64,000 nucleotides of DNA from an uncultured Acidobacteriota bacterium. Lineage in GTDB: Bacteria > Acidobacteriota > Thermoanaerobaculia > Multivoradales > DATKCC01. Location: contig CAWIQD010000013.1 of the NCBI GenBank assembly GCA_963837945.1, forward strand, positions 11,707-75,706. Direction: 5' to 3'. Below are positions 8,176 through 17,830 of the stretch, piece after piece (the stretch's first letter is position 1; each line of letters opens with the position of its first letter). The position numbers and the translations under genes are program-made. The notes beneath the pieces were generated by a model that searched no databases, was not told where the DNA came from, and saw nothing but the letters and a program-made list of their open reading frames with translations.

Positions 8176-9584
8176 TTGAATGCCACGCCTTGAATCACCG
8201 AGGCGATGATCCAGGCGATCGCGAGGGGGCAGACGATCCGGAGCAGGAGCTTCCAGAGCCAGTGATAGCGGAAGGGGCCGCCGCCGGCCTCGAGCTCGTC
8301 CCGGGTCAGCCGGTTGCTCAGGAACCAGCCGGTGAAGGCCGAGATGAAGAACCCTCCGACCGGCAGCATCCAGTTCGATGCCAGGTAGTCCATGACGTTG
8401 AACAGCCCGACCCGCGAGTCGCCCGGCCCGTGGCCCACCGGCGCCCAGTGCGCCAGGGTCGGGCTCGCCCCCAGGGAGTACGCCGCGAAGCCGCCGAGGG
8501 CGGTGATCACCGTGCCCGTGATCCAGGTGGCGCGCCGGCGGCTCCAGCCCCGGTGGTCGATGAAGTAGGAGACCACCACCTCGAGCAGCGAGATCGTCGA
8601 GGTCAGGGCGGCGAAGGCGACCAGCAGGTAGAAGAGCGGCGCCAGGATCGTGCCCAGCGGCAGCTGGTAGAGCATCTTGGGGATCGTCGTGAACAGGATC
8701 GCCGCGCTCTTCGAGAAGGTGTCGGTCCGCTGCGCCTCGGGGACGGTGAAGATGATCGAGAACATGACCACGCAGGCCATGAGCGCGATCAACGTGTCGA
8801 GCACGCAGACCAGGGCGGCGTCGCGGCGGATGGAGTGGTCCCGCGCCACGTACGAGCCGTAGGTGATCATCGCGCCCATGCCGAGCGACAGGGTGAAGAA
8901 CGAGTGGCCCACCGCCTCGAGCACCGCCTGGCGGTCGATCGGGCTGAAGTGGAAGAGGAAGGAGATCGCCTCGTGGAAGCCCGGCGACCAGATCGACACC
9001 ACGCAGAGCAGGGCCAGGATGGCGAAGAGCACGGGCAGGAGGATCTTGGTGACCCGCTCGATCCCCCCCTTGACCCCCATCAGGATCACGCCGATCGTGA
9101 GCAGCATGAAGAACGTGTGGAAGACGAGGGGCAGCCAGCCGCTGGAGACGAACGACACGAACTGCCCCTGGAGATCGTTCGCGACCTCGGGCGGGAAGCC
9201 GCCGATCGACCATCCCACGCACTTGCCGAAGTAGTAGACCGTCCAGCCCGCGACCACCGAGTAGTAGGAGAGGATGATGAAACCGGTGAACACCCCGAGG
9301 TAGCCGACCGCGGCCCACAGCCGGCCACCGGCGACCCCGCGGGCGAGCTCGAGGAAGGCGCTCACGGGGCTCGTCCCGGTGCGCCGGCCGATCAGGATCT
9401 CGGCCATCATGATCGGCGCCCCGATCAGCGCCACCGCCGCCAGGTAGACGAGCACGAACGAGCCGCCCTGGTGGGCGTAGGTGATGTAGGGGAACTTCCA
9501 GATGTTGCCCAGACCGATCGCCGAGCCCGCCGCCGCGACGACGAAGCCCAGGTGACTGAACGAGGCCCGTTTCTGCACTTGCAT
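8172..9584 (-). CDS. Sodium-dependent transporter, neurotransmitter:sodium symporter (SNF/NSS) family
   Basis: N-terminal GSAIGLGNIWKFPY signature, about 12 hydrophobic segments, and a GGGAGGG SD before the ATG at 9584. Confidence 0.9.
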   Translation of the reverse strand: MQVQKRASFSHLGFVVAAAGSAIGLGNIWKFPYITYAHQGGSFVLVYLAAVALIGAPIMMAEILIGRRTGTSPVSAFLELARGVAGGRLWAAVGYLGVFTGFIILSYYSVVAGWTVYYFGKCVGWSIGGFPPEVANDLQGQFVSFVSSGWLPLVFHTFFMLLTIGVILMGVKGGIERVTKILLPVLFAILALLCVVSIWSPGFHEAISFLFHFSPIDRQAVLEAVGHSFFTLSLGMGAMITYGSYVARDHSIRRDAALVCVLDTLIALMACVVMFSIIFTVPEAQRTDTFSKSAAILFTTIPKMLYQLPLGTILAPLFYLLVAFAALTSTISLLEVVVSYFIDHRGWSRRRATWITGTVITALGGFAAYSLGASPTLAHWAPVGHGPGDSRVGLFNVMDYLASNWMLPVGGFFISAFTGWFLSNRLTRDELEAGGGPFRYHWLWKLLLRIVCPLAIAWIIASVIQGVAFN

Positions 9585-9700
9585 ACCCTCCCGGAGAACA
9601 ACCGGTCCCCACCCCTCGAGAGACAGAAGACCAAGACGCCCTGGAAAACGACCTCCGGGATTGTAACCGAGCCTTCGCGGCCTCGCCGTGCGGGCGGGTC

Positions 9701-10531
9701 TCAGGCTCCTTCGACCCGCTCCGGGTGAGAGTAGACGTTGAACCGTCCGTCGCGGACGAAACCCACCAGCGTGACCCCGAAGCGCTCGGCCACCTCCACC
9801 GCCAGGCTGGTCGGCGCCGAGACCGCGCAGACCATCGGGATGCCCGCCGCCACCGACTTCTGGAGGATCTCGAAGCTCGCCCGGCCGCTGACCAGCAGCA
9901 CGTGCCGGTCGAGGCGGCGCTCGGGCCCGAGATCGCCGTCCAGCACGGCCCGGCCGATCAGCTTGTCGAGGGCGTTGTGCCGGCCCACGTCCTCCCGGAC
10001 CGCCCGGCGGGTGCCGGTCTCGTCGAACAGGCCGGCGGCGTGGAGCCCCCCGGTGGCGTCGAAGCCCCGCTGGGCCGTCCGCAGCGCGCCGGGCAGCTCC
10101 GAGATCAGCGACGGGGCGAGCCGGGGCCCGGGCGCGACCGGCTCGCAGCCGGCGACCAGCAGCTCGTCGAGCGCCGCCCGGCCGCAGACCCCGCAGGCGC
10201 TGCCGGTGAAGAAGTGGCGCTCGAGCGAGCGCAGGTTGGGCAGACGGCGGGCGGCGAGCTCGATCTCCACCACGTCGCGCTCGAGCCCGGTCTCCGGGTC
10301 CACCTCGGTGCCCGCCGCGATGCCCGCGATCAGCTCCCGGTCGCGCACCAGGCCCTCGCCGTAGAGGAACCCGACCGCCAGCTCCTCGTCGCAGCCGGGC
10401 GTGCGCATCGTCACCGCCAGCGTCCGGCGCTCGCCGCCGGCCGCCACCCGGACCTCGAGCGGCTCCTCGACCGCCACCGCGTCGAGGCGCTCGAGAGAGG
10501 GGCGCGGGCCCATCTCCCGGATCGTCACCAT
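9701..10531 (-). CDS. fdhD: Formate dehydrogenase accessory sulfurtransferase FdhD
   Basis: FFTGSACGVCGRAAL and EDVGRHNALDKLIG motifs. Only the last 276 codons of the 502-aa ORF are FdhD-like, starting at ATG 10531 (MVTIREMG). Confidence 0.88.
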   Translation of the reverse strand: MVTIREMGPRPSLERLDAVAVEEPLEVRVAAGGERRTLAVTMRTPGCDEELAVGFLYGEGLVRDRELIAGIAAGTEVDPETGLERDVVEIELAARRLPNLRSLERHFFTGSACGVCGRAALDELLVAGCEPVAPGPRLAPSLISELPGALRTAQRGFDATGGLHAAGLFDETGTRRAVREDVGRHNALDKLIGRAVLDGDLGPERRLDRHVLLVSGRASFEILQKSVAAGIPMVCAVSAPTSLAVEVAERFGVTLVGFVRDGRFNVYSHPERVEGA

Positions 10532-10560
10532 CGCCGGCGCGTCGCCGGAGCCGCGCTGGA

Positions 10561-11454
10561 TCAGGGCAGGTCCTCCCGCGGCGGCGGCGGCACGGCCGCG
10601 GTCGGGAGCTCGTCCCGAGGCGGCAGGGCGACCCGATCGGTCGTGCTCATGGAGATAGTTTCTATCACTCTCCAGCGGCCGGCGAGCCGCGGCCAGAGCT
10701 CGAAGGCGACCAGCACGGCGGCGAGCGCCGCCGGGCCGCCCGCGCTCGGTCCTCCGACCGCGGCGAAGGGCGCCGCCACGAGCGCCACGGCCAGGTAGGC
10801 CGCCGCCGTCGCCACCAGCCCCCCGACGACCAGGACCACGATCCGGGCCGGAGCTCGCGGCGGCCGGAACAGGACCCGGGACAGCAGGCAGCCGGCGGCG
10901 AGCGAGCCGACCTGCGGGTAGGAGCCTCCGGCCCACCACAGGCCGAGGACGGCGACCCCGGCGGCGCGCCGCAGCCAGGGCTCCCAGAGCGGCAGGCGCG
11001 GGAGGCCGAAGCCGGCGACCAGGGCGACGGCCAGGCCCACCGCCACGCCTCCGGCCACGTCGCGCAGGAAGTGGACTCCCAGGAGCACCCGGGTCGCCGC
11101 CACCAGGGCCACGAGGGCCGCCGCCAGGGCCCACACCCACCGCCGCCGCGAGCGGAGAGCCAGAAACCCCCAGACCGCCGCGGTGTTCTGGGCGTGCCCG
11201 CTCGGCCACGAAGCCCCCGTGGCGGTGGCGCGGACCCAGCGCGAGACCGCGGCACCCCCGGCCTGAAAGGGGCGCGGCTCCCGCACCAGGGCCTTGAGCC
11301 AGGTGTTGGTGCCGAACGAGGCCGCGAGCACCAGGCCGAGGCGGCGACCGGCCTCGGGCGAGACCAGCCAGAACACGAGGGCGACGACGCCCAGGTGGAC
11401 GTAGCCCGAGCCGAGCCAGGTGAGGCCGAAGAGAATGCGGTGGGCGAGGTCCAT
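10561..11454 (-). CDS. PAP2-family membrane phosphatase
   Basis: The three PAP2 motifs are present: KALVREPRP, SWPSGHA and TRVLLGVHFLRDV. The protein has multiple TM segments. Confidence 0.85.
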   Translation of the reverse strand: MDLAHRILFGLTWLGSGYVHLGVVALVFWLVSPEAGRRLGLVLAASFGTNTWLKALVREPRPFQAGGAAVSRWVRATATGASWPSGHAQNTAAVWGFLALRSRRRWVWALAAALVALVAATRVLLGVHFLRDVAGGVAVGLAVALVAGFGLPRLPLWEPWLRRAAGVAVLGLWWAGGSYPQVGSLAAGCLLSRVLFRPPRAPARIVVLVVGGLVATAAAYLAVALVAAPFAAVGGPSAGGPAALAAVLVAFELWPRLAGRWRVIETISMSTTDRVALPPRDELPTAAVPPPPREDLP

Positions 11455-11586
11455 CGGAGCCGGGAGATCGGAGCGAGCCGGGCGGCCACTCTACCGCGCG
11501 CGGGCAGAGCCCCCGGGGCGCCCCCGCCGGATGAGAGAATCGCCGCGCCCCGGTGCACGGCCGGGCCCCCCGGAGGAGCGCGCGAC

Positions 11587-12513
11587 GTGGCGGAGAGCAG
11601 GGAGATCTCGGAGACTCGAGGCGCGGCGGCGGCGCGGCTGGCGGTCGTCGGGGCGGCGCTGCTCTTCTCCACCGGCGGCACGGCGATCAAGCTCACCTCC
11701 TTGAGCCCCTGGCAGGTCGCGAGCTTCCGCTCCGGCATCGCGGCGCTGGCGCTCGTCGTGATGGTGCCCCGGGCGCTCCGCTCGCTGTCGCGGCGGAGCC
11801 TCCTCGTCGGCCTCGCCTACGCCGCCACGATGGTGCTCTACGTGGCGGCGAACAAGTACACGACCGCCGCCAACGCGATCTTCCTGCAGTCGACCGCGCC
11901 GCTCTACGTGCTCGTCCTCTCGCCCCGTCTCCTGGGCGAGCGGGTCCACCGCAGCGACTTCGGCTGGATGGTCCTGATCGGCGTCGGGCTCGGGGCCTTC
12001 TTCCTCGGCCACCAGCCGACCTTCGCGACCGCGCCCCGGCCGTTGCTGGGAAACCTGCTGGGCGCCGTCGCAGGGATGAGCTGGGCGCTGTGCATCCTCG
12101 GGCTGCGCTGGCTGGGCAGCCTCGAGCTGCGCTCGCGGGAGGGCCTGCGCGAGCGGCCGGGAGCGGCGGCCGCGATCGCCGGCAATCTGATCGCCTGCCT
12201 CGCCTGCTTGCCCTGGGCTCTGCCGGTCTCGGGAGCCGGCCTCGGGGATTGGCTACCGGTCGTCCACCTGGGAGTGCTCCAGATCGGGCTGGCCTACGTG
12301 CTCCTGACCCACGGTCTCGAGCGCGTCCCCGCCCTCGAGGCCTCGCTCCTGCTCCTCGTCGAGCCGGCCTTCAGCCCGATCTGGGCCTGGCTGGTCCACG
12401 GCGAGGTGCCGGGGGTCTGGCCGCTCGCGGGAGGCGCGCTGATCCTCGCCGCCACCACCGGCAAGGCGGTGAGCGCCGAGGCCCGCCGCCGCAAGGCGCT
12501 GCGCGAGGGCTGA
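11587..12513 (+). CDS. EamA/DMT-family transporter
   Basis: About 10 TM segments with a duplicated EamA-like pattern (LLFSTGGTAIKL..., LLVEPAFSPIWAWLVHGE). The start is uncertain. GTG 11587 is the first plausible start before TM1; the long upstream ORF part is Arg/Pro-rich and antisense to the PAP2 gene. Confidence 0.75.
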   Translation: MAESREISETRGAAAARLAVVGAALLFSTGGTAIKLTSLSPWQVASFRSGIAALALVVMVPRALRSLSRRSLLVGLAYAATMVLYVAANKYTTAANAIFLQSTAPLYVLVLSPRLLGERVHRSDFGWMVLIGVGLGAFFLGHQPTFATAPRPLLGNLLGAVAGMSWALCILGLRWLGSLELRSREGLRERPGAAAAIAGNLIACLACLPWALPVSGAGLGDWLPVVHLGVLQIGLAYVLLTHGLERVPALEASLLLLVEPAFSPIWAWLVHGEVPGVWPLAGGALILAATTGKAVSAEARRRKALREG

Positions 12514-12555
12514 GCGCTTGTGAATGAATCATTTATTCACAAGCTCTGAGCGCTC
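12512..12555. repeat. AT-rich palindrome CTTGTGAATGAATCATTTATTCACAAG with outer GAGCGC arms
   Basis: A 9-bp perfect stem, CTTGTGAAT / ATTCACAAG, sits around the centre at 12530, inside a roughly 70% GC genome. It lies between the eamA-like stop and the L,D-transpeptidase start. The right arm plus flank (ATTYATTCACAAGCTCTGAGC) recurs at 47407-47427. Confidence 0.8.
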
Positions 12556-12650
12556 GGCACCGATCTTGCGACGACTCTCCTCCAGAAGGGTGGGCCGAAG
12601 GCGGCTCCCCGACGACCGGGCTCTGTGTTTCTTTGGTCTTGGAGGCTTCG

Positions 12651-14468
12651 TTGCGACTCTCGACACTGGTTCTCTTGATTCCGCTCACCCTCCTGCCTCT
12701 CGGCTGTGGCCGGGACGGGCAGGATCCGCCGGCGCTCGGCCGCCTCGATCGCCCGGCTGCCGGGCGGCCGGACATCGAGCCGGTGGCGCTCGATGCCGCC
12801 CGCTTCGAGACCTTCCTGCAAACGTCGGCCGGCAACCAGGACGCGCTCGCAGGTCTCGCCCGCCCGACGCCGTTGCGCCGTAGCCTCCAGAGCGCGTACC
12901 AGGCGCGGGGGTTCCGTCCGCTCTGGTTCCCGCGCGGTCGGCCCACCGGCGAGACGAGCGAGCTGGTCGCGGCGCTCGAAGCCGCCCCGCGCGACGGGCT
13001 CAAGCCCGACGTCTATCGCCCGCGGCTGCTGGCCGCGCAGCTCCGGCAGGTCCGCCGGACGGAGGCCGGCGAAGAGGCCCTTTATCCAGTCGACACCCTC
13101 TTCTCCGAAGCGTTCCTGCTGTTCTCGCAGCACCTGAGCGTCGGCCGTGTCGATCCCGCCGAGCTCGGCCCGACCTGGCACATCGAGCGGCGCCGCCCGG
13201 ACCTGGCCGCGGCGCTTGACCAGGCGACCGGCCCGGGCTCGGTGAGCGAGGTCGTCGACCGGCTCCGGCCGCCGCACCCGGAGTACCGGAGATTGCAGGA
13301 TGCGCTCGAGCGCTACCGCCGGATCGCCCAGGCCGGGGGCTGGCCGGCCGTGCCGGAAGGTCCGGTGATCGAGGCCGGCGACCGTGCGCCCCGCGACCGC
13401 CTCGTGGCGCTCGCCAAGCGTCTCGAGGCGGAAGGGGACCTGGCCGAGGGCGCCGCGGTCCTGCCGCCCGCGGCCGCCAGGGCCGAAGAGCGATCTGCGT
13501 CCCCGGCCCAGGCGGCGGCCACCGGCAGCAAGCGGAAGCCTGCGGCCGCCCCGCAGGCGCCCTACGGCGGCGAGCTCGCCCAGGCCGTGCGCCGGTTCCA
13601 GGCCCGCCTCGGGTTGACGATCGACGGCATCGTGGGCCCCGAGACGGTCGACGCGATGAACGTCACGGCCCTCGCGCGGGTGCGGCAGATCGAGCTCAAC
13701 ATGGAGCGCTGGCGCTGGCTGCCCGCCGACCTCGGGCCGCGCCGCCTGGAGGTCAACATCCCGGCCTTCATGCTGCGGGTGGTCGACGGCGGCCGGACCG
13801 TCTCGACCATGAAGGTCGTCGTGGGCAAGACGGGCGCCGCGACGCCGGCGTTCAGCGACTCGATGACCTACGTGGTCCTCAACCCCTACTGGAACGTCCC
13901 CGAGAGCATCACACGCCACGAGATCGCTCCCGAGGCCGCCCGCGATCCCTCCTACCTCGCGGCCCACGGCTACGAGGTGGTGGTGGGTGGGGGCGACGGC
14001 GACGTCCGCCGGATCGGTCCGCGCTCGATCGACTGGGCCTCGGTCGCCGCCGGCGGCAGCTTCCCCTATCGGGTGCGTCAGCGCCCCGGCCCGGACAACG
14101 CGCTCGGCCGGATCAAGTTCATGCTCCCCAACGACTACAACATCTACCTCCACGACACGCCGTCCGAGCACCTGTTCAAGAACGCGCAGCGGGATTTCAG
14201 CCACGGCTGCGTGCGGGTCGAGCACCCCCTCGAGCTGGCGCAGTGGGTGTTCCAGGACGATCCCCGGTGGACCCGGCAACGTCTCGCCTCGGCCGTCGCG
14301 AGCGGCCGCCGCGAGTCGATCGCCCTGCCGCAGCCGATCCCGGTCTACCTCCTCTACTGGACCGCCTGGGTCGACGGCGACGGCACCACCCACTTCCGCG
14401 ACGACGTCTACGGGCAGGACCAGGCGCTCGCGCAGGCCCTGGCGGCCGCCGACACGCGTCAGGGGTAG
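12651..14468 (+). CDS. Murein L,D-transpeptidase (YcbB/YkuD family) lipoprotein
   Basis: PG-binding repeat LAQAVRRFQARLGLTIDGIVGPETVDAMN. YkuD catalytic region YLHDTPSEHLF...FSHGCVRVEHP. Lipobox LLPLGC. TTG 12651 is preceded by GGAGG; TTG 12633 is the alternative start. Confidence 0.88.
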   Translation: MRLSTLVLLIPLTLLPLGCGRDGQDPPALGRLDRPAAGRPDIEPVALDAARFETFLQTSAGNQDALAGLARPTPLRRSLQSAYQARGFRPLWFPRGRPTGETSELVAALEAAPRDGLKPDVYRPRLLAAQLRQVRRTEAGEEALYPVDTLFSEAFLLFSQHLSVGRVDPAELGPTWHIERRRPDLAAALDQATGPGSVSEVVDRLRPPHPEYRRLQDALERYRRIAQAGGWPAVPEGPVIEAGDRAPRDRLVALAKRLEAEGDLAEGAAVLPPAAARAEERSASPAQAAATGSKRKPAAAPQAPYGGELAQAVRRFQARLGLTIDGIVGPETVDAMNVTALARVRQIELNMERWRWLPADLGPRRLEVNIPAFMLRVVDGGRTVSTMKVVVGKTGAATPAFSDSMTYVVLNPYWNVPESITRHEIAPEAARDPSYLAAHGYEVVVGGGDGDVRRIGPRSIDWASVAAGGSFPYRVRQRPGPDNALGRIKFMLPNDYNIYLHDTPSEHLFKNAQRDFSHGCVRVEHPLELAQWVFQDDPRWTRQRLASAVASGRRESIALPQPIPVYLLYWTAWVDGDGTTHFRDDVYGQDQALAQALAAADTRQG

Positions 14469-14498
14469 CTGCTCGAACCCGCGACCTCTCGGAAGAGG

Positions 14499-14647
14499 CT
14501 CGCGCAGAGGCGCAGAGGCGCAGAGACACGGATCGGTCGGGAAGTCCCTTGCGAAACAGGTGATGCCATGCTCGATCCGCGAACCGCCCAAGCCCACGAA
14601 CAGGCCGAGGAACGCCCTTCCTTGGCGCCTCTGCGCCTCTGCGCGAG
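14499..14647. repeat. Perfect 23-bp inverted repeat built from GCGCAGAG octamers, spacer 103 bp
   Basis: CTCGCGCAGAGGCGCAGAGGCGC at 14499-14521 is the exact reverse complement of 14625-14647. It sits between convergent genes (L,D-transpeptidase and M23 peptidase). Confidence 0.85.
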
Positions 14648-14662
14648 AACCGGGCTGGGCCC

Positions 14663-15592
14663 TTACTTCTTGCCTTCCGAGCCCTCGTCCGAGCCGAAGT
14701 GGAAGCACGAAAGCGTAGGTCGGCTCGGCTTCGCCACCTCGGCAACCAGGATCTCGGCGTCGAGGCCGGCGCCGCAATCGTCCTCCGGGACCGGCAGGAA
14801 GGGCGTCACCGGCAGTCGCCTGGCGATGGCCGAGGGCGGCCCCTGCGCCTCTCCAGCCGTCGCCTGGGCCGTCTCCTCGGGACCGGGCCCGGCCCCCGCC
14901 GGTGCCACCTCGGGAGCCTTCCCGGGCCGCAGCACCTCCGGCACCACGTCCTCCTTCGAGCGCACCGGCGGGCCGGCGATCCGGGGCGCCGGCGAGGTCG
15001 CCGGGCTGGCCTCGGCGACCACCAGGCTGGGGTAGGGGTCGACCGCCGTGCCGTCCGGGCGCCGGAGCTCGAAATGGAGGTGCGAAACGGTCTGCTCGGC
15101 GTTGCCGCTGTCGCCGACGTAGCCGATCACCTGCCCGGCCCGCACCCGTGCGCCCACCCGGATGCCGCGCGCGATGCCGTAGCCCTGGCCGTCGTCGGTC
15201 CCCGGCGTGTCGTTGTTGAGGTGGATGTAGCGCGAGCGCCAGCCGTCGGTGTGGACGATCGACAGGTCGCAGCAGTTGCCGCCGCGGGTGTCGTGCATCC
15301 AGCGCACCGTGCCGTCGGCCACGGCCACCACCGGCGTGAGCTTCGGAGCCAGGATGTCGACGCCCTCGTGGTGGCGCCCGGCCGAGCGGGGATCGCCGAA
15401 GCTCTTCGTGAGCTGGGCCTTGCCGACGAGCGGAAAGACCAGCGGGTAGATCAGGGGGGCGGCGGCGCTCGAAGGCGGCGCCGGCGCCACCGAGACGCTG
15501 GCCGCGGCGAGCAGCACGAGGAAGGCGGCGAGGCTCCTGGGGGCGCGGGAGTCGGTCACGAGAGGTCTGCCGGTCGGAGGCGGCGCCTTCAC
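14663..15592 (-). CDS. M23/LytM-family metallopeptidase (secreted)
   Basis: HHEGVDI (HxxxD) and SHLHFE (HxH) motifs, plus a signal peptide. GTG 15592 overlaps the antiporter stop in GTGA; GTG 15559 is the alternative start. Confidence 0.85.
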   Translation of the reverse strand: MKAPPPTGRPLVTDSRAPRSLAAFLVLLAAASVSVAPAPPSSAAAPLIYPLVFPLVGKAQLTKSFGDPRSAGRHHEGVDILAPKLTPVVAVADGTVRWMHDTRGGNCCDLSIVHTDGWRSRYIHLNNDTPGTDDGQGYGIARGIRVGARVRAGQVIGYVGDSGNAEQTVSHLHFELRRPDGTAVDPYPSLVVAEASPATSPAPRIAGPPVRSKEDVVPEVLRPGKAPEVAPAGAGPGPEETAQATAGEAQGPPSAIARRLPVTPFLPVPEDDCGAGLDAEILVAEVAKPSRPTLSCFHFGSDEGSEGKK

Positions 15593-16677
15593 GACGCCGG
15601 CAGGAAGTAGAACACGATCGCCAGGATCAGGTAGACCGCCAGGAGCTGCACGCCCTCGAGCCAGTTGGACCGGCCGTCGCCCGCGATCTGGCCGGTGATC
15701 AGGATTGCCAGGCCGACGGCGATCACCTCGGCCGGAGTGAACACGAGATCCATCGGCGTCGGGCCGACGAAGAGGCTCGCGAAGACCAGCAGCGGGGCGA
15801 CGAAGAGGGCGACCTGGATCGAGCTGCCGATGGCGATCCCCACCGCCAGGTCCATCCGGTTGCGCAGCGCCATCATCACCGCCGTCGAGTGCTCCGCCGC
15901 ATTGCCCACCACCGCCACCACGATCACCCCGACGAACACCTCGGTCATCCCGAGGTCGCGTGCCGCCATCTCGACCGAGCCCACAAGGATCTCGCTCACC
16001 CACCCGATCAGGGCCGCCGAGACGGTGAGCACCGCGAGGGAGCGCCGCAGGCTCCAGCCGCCGTGGGCGGAACGGTCCTCGAGCGCGGCCGCCTCCGCGC
16101 CGGCCCCGTCGAAGAGCTGCCGGTGGGTGCGCAGCGAGAAGAGCAGCATCAGGCCGTAGGTGACCAGGAGGACGACCGCGATCTCCTCCGAGAGCGCGCG
16201 CTCCGAGCCGGCGGCGCCGGGCCCGGCAAGGTGATGGAAGGCGGCCGGCATGACCAGGGCGATCGCCGCGAGCGTGAGCATCGTCGCCTGGATCCGGGCG
16301 CCTCCGACGTTGAACTCCTGGCTCTCGTAGCGCACCCCGCCGGCGAGGATCGCCGCGCCCGTCACCAGCAGGACGTTCCCCAGAATCGAGCCGGTGATCG
16401 ACGCCTTGACCACGTCGGTCAGGCCGCCGTGCAAGGCGAACAGGGCGATGATCAGCTCGGCGGCATTGCCGAAGGTGGCGTTGAGCAGGCCGCCCACCCC
16501 TTCGCCGGTGCGCGCGGCCAGGTGCTCGGTCGCCTTGCCCAGCCAGCCGGCGAGCGGCACGACCGCCAGGCAGGAGACCAGGAAGATCGGGGTGTGGAGC
16601 TCGGGTGCGAAGAGCTCCAGGCCGATCGCCGTGGGCACGAAGACCAGCAGCCAGTCGAGGGACGGTCGGACCTTCAT
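15589..16677 (-). CDS. Ca2+/H+ antiporter (CaCA family)
   Basis: Two alpha-repeat signatures, GNAAELI and GNAAEHS. About 11 TM segments, 362 aa. Confidence 0.9.
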   Translation of the reverse strand: MKVRPSLDWLLVFVPTAIGLELFAPELHTPIFLVSCLAVVPLAGWLGKATEHLAARTGEGVGGLLNATFGNAAELIIALFALHGGLTDVVKASITGSILGNVLLVTGAAILAGGVRYESQEFNVGGARIQATMLTLAAIALVMPAAFHHLAGPGAAGSERALSEEIAVVLLVTYGLMLLFSLRTHRQLFDGAGAEAAALEDRSAHGGWSLRRSLAVLTVSAALIGWVSEILVGSVEMAARDLGMTEVFVGVIVVAVVGNAAEHSTAVMMALRNRMDLAVGIAIGSSIQVALFVAPLLVFASLFVGPTPMDLVFTPAEVIAVGLAILITGQIAGDGRSNWLEGVQLLAVYLILAIVFYFLPAS

Positions 16678-16779
16678 GGCGAGGGCCGATCGTATCGGAT
16701 CTCCCTCTCACCCGGCGTCGTGCCGTCACGATGCGTCCCGCGGGGCGGGGCTTCGTGACCGATCCACTATACTTCCCGG

Positions 16780-17802
16780 ATGCTGCACGAGCGCCCCGAC
16801 GCGGACCTGCTGGAGCTCGCCGTCGACCTCGAAGCCTTCGTCGGCCAGGTCGAGCAGGCCCTCGCGAGAGCCCTCGACGCCGGCACCACCGCCGGCCCAG
16901 AGGGTCCCGAGGTGCTCATGGAGGCGGCCCGGAACCTGTGCCTGGCCGGCGCCGCGAAGCGGGCGCGCCCCCGTCTGACCTACCTCTTCGGCCGCGCCAT
17001 CGAGGCGCCGATCGAAGCCCTCGTCGACGTCGCCGTGGCGGGCGAGCTGATCCACGCCGGGAGCCTGCTCCACGACGACGTGGTCGACGGCGCCGAGACC
17101 CGGCGCGGGCGCCCGACCGCCAACGCCCTGTGGAGCGCCACGGCGGCGGTCCTGGCCGGCGACCTGGTGCTGACCCTGGCCTTCGTCCAGCTGCGGACGC
17201 GCCCGCGGGTCATCACCACCGAGGCGGTCGAGACGATCGCCACCATGACCCGGGGCGTGATGGCCGAGGTGCTCGCCCGGGGCCGGGTGGAGCTGCCGCT
17301 CGCCCAGTGGCGCGAGATCGTCCAGGGCAAGACCGGCTCGCTCTTCTCCTGGTGCGGCCGCTCCGCCGGCCGCCTGGTGGACGACGGCGAGGCCGCCCGC
17401 CGCTTCGGCGAGTGCGCCGGCCACCTGGGCGTCGCCTTCCAGCTTGCCGACGACCTGCTCGACCTCCAGCGGCTGGGCACCGGCAAGGACGCGTTCTCCG
17501 ACATCCTCAACCGCGAGCCCACCTTCCCCATCCTGGTCGCCGCCAGCCGCTCGGACGCGGTGCGTCGCGAGGTCACGCGCCTGTGGAACGCGCCCCGGGT
17601 GACGCCCGAGGACGCCGAGGCCCTGGGCCGCGCGGTCCTCGCCACCGGCGCTGGCGCCGAGACGGTCGACCGCCTGCGCCACGAGGTGGACCGGGCGATG
17701 GAGGCGCTCGAGCCGTTTGCCAAGCGTCCGGGCGGCCGCGAGATCGTCGCCTGGAGCCGCGAGCTCGAGGAGCGGGCGCACCGGTCGTTGATGAGCGGTT
17801 AG
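16780..17802 (+). CDS. Polyprenyl diphosphate synthase (trans-IPPS family)
   Basis: First Asp-rich motif [15 protein letters not shown] and second motif FQLADDLLD. Confidence 0.88.
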   Translation: MLHERPDADLLELAVDLEAFVGQVEQALARALDAGTTAGPEGPEVLMEAARNLCLAGAAKRARPRLTYLFGRAIEAPIEALVDVAVAGELIHAGSLLHDDVVDGAETRRGRPTANALWSATAAVLAGDLVLTLAFVQLRTRPRVITTEAVETIATMTRGVMAEVLARGRVELPLAQWREIVQGKTGSLFSWCGRSAGRLVDDGEAARRFGECAGHLGVAFQLADDLLDLQRLGTGKDAFSDILNREPTFPILVAASRSDAVRREVTRLWNAPRVTPEDAEALGRAVLATGAGAETVDRLRHEVDRAMEALEPFAKRPGGREIVAWSRELEERAHRSLMSG

Positions 17803-17830
17803 GCCCCGGCGCAGGCGCTACCAGCAGGCG

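Noticed and set aside
7474-8193. A 239-aa ORF encoding repeated PFPPVGWEGDRGDAGG peptides across the tandem repeat
   Set aside because: All three plus-strand frames are open here because of GC richness. The ORF also runs through REP elements upstream, and it has no SD or start context. I treat it as non-coding.
9701-11209. A 502-aa ORF extending FdhD upstream
   Set aside because: Only the last 276 codons are FdhD-like. The upstream part is low-complexity and overlaps the PAP2 gene, which has clear motifs in another frame.
12517-12543. CRP/FNR-type site, because of TGTGA ... TCACA
   Set aside because: The half-sites are 13 nt apart rather than 6. A Fur-like assignment is only an analogy and is not claimed.
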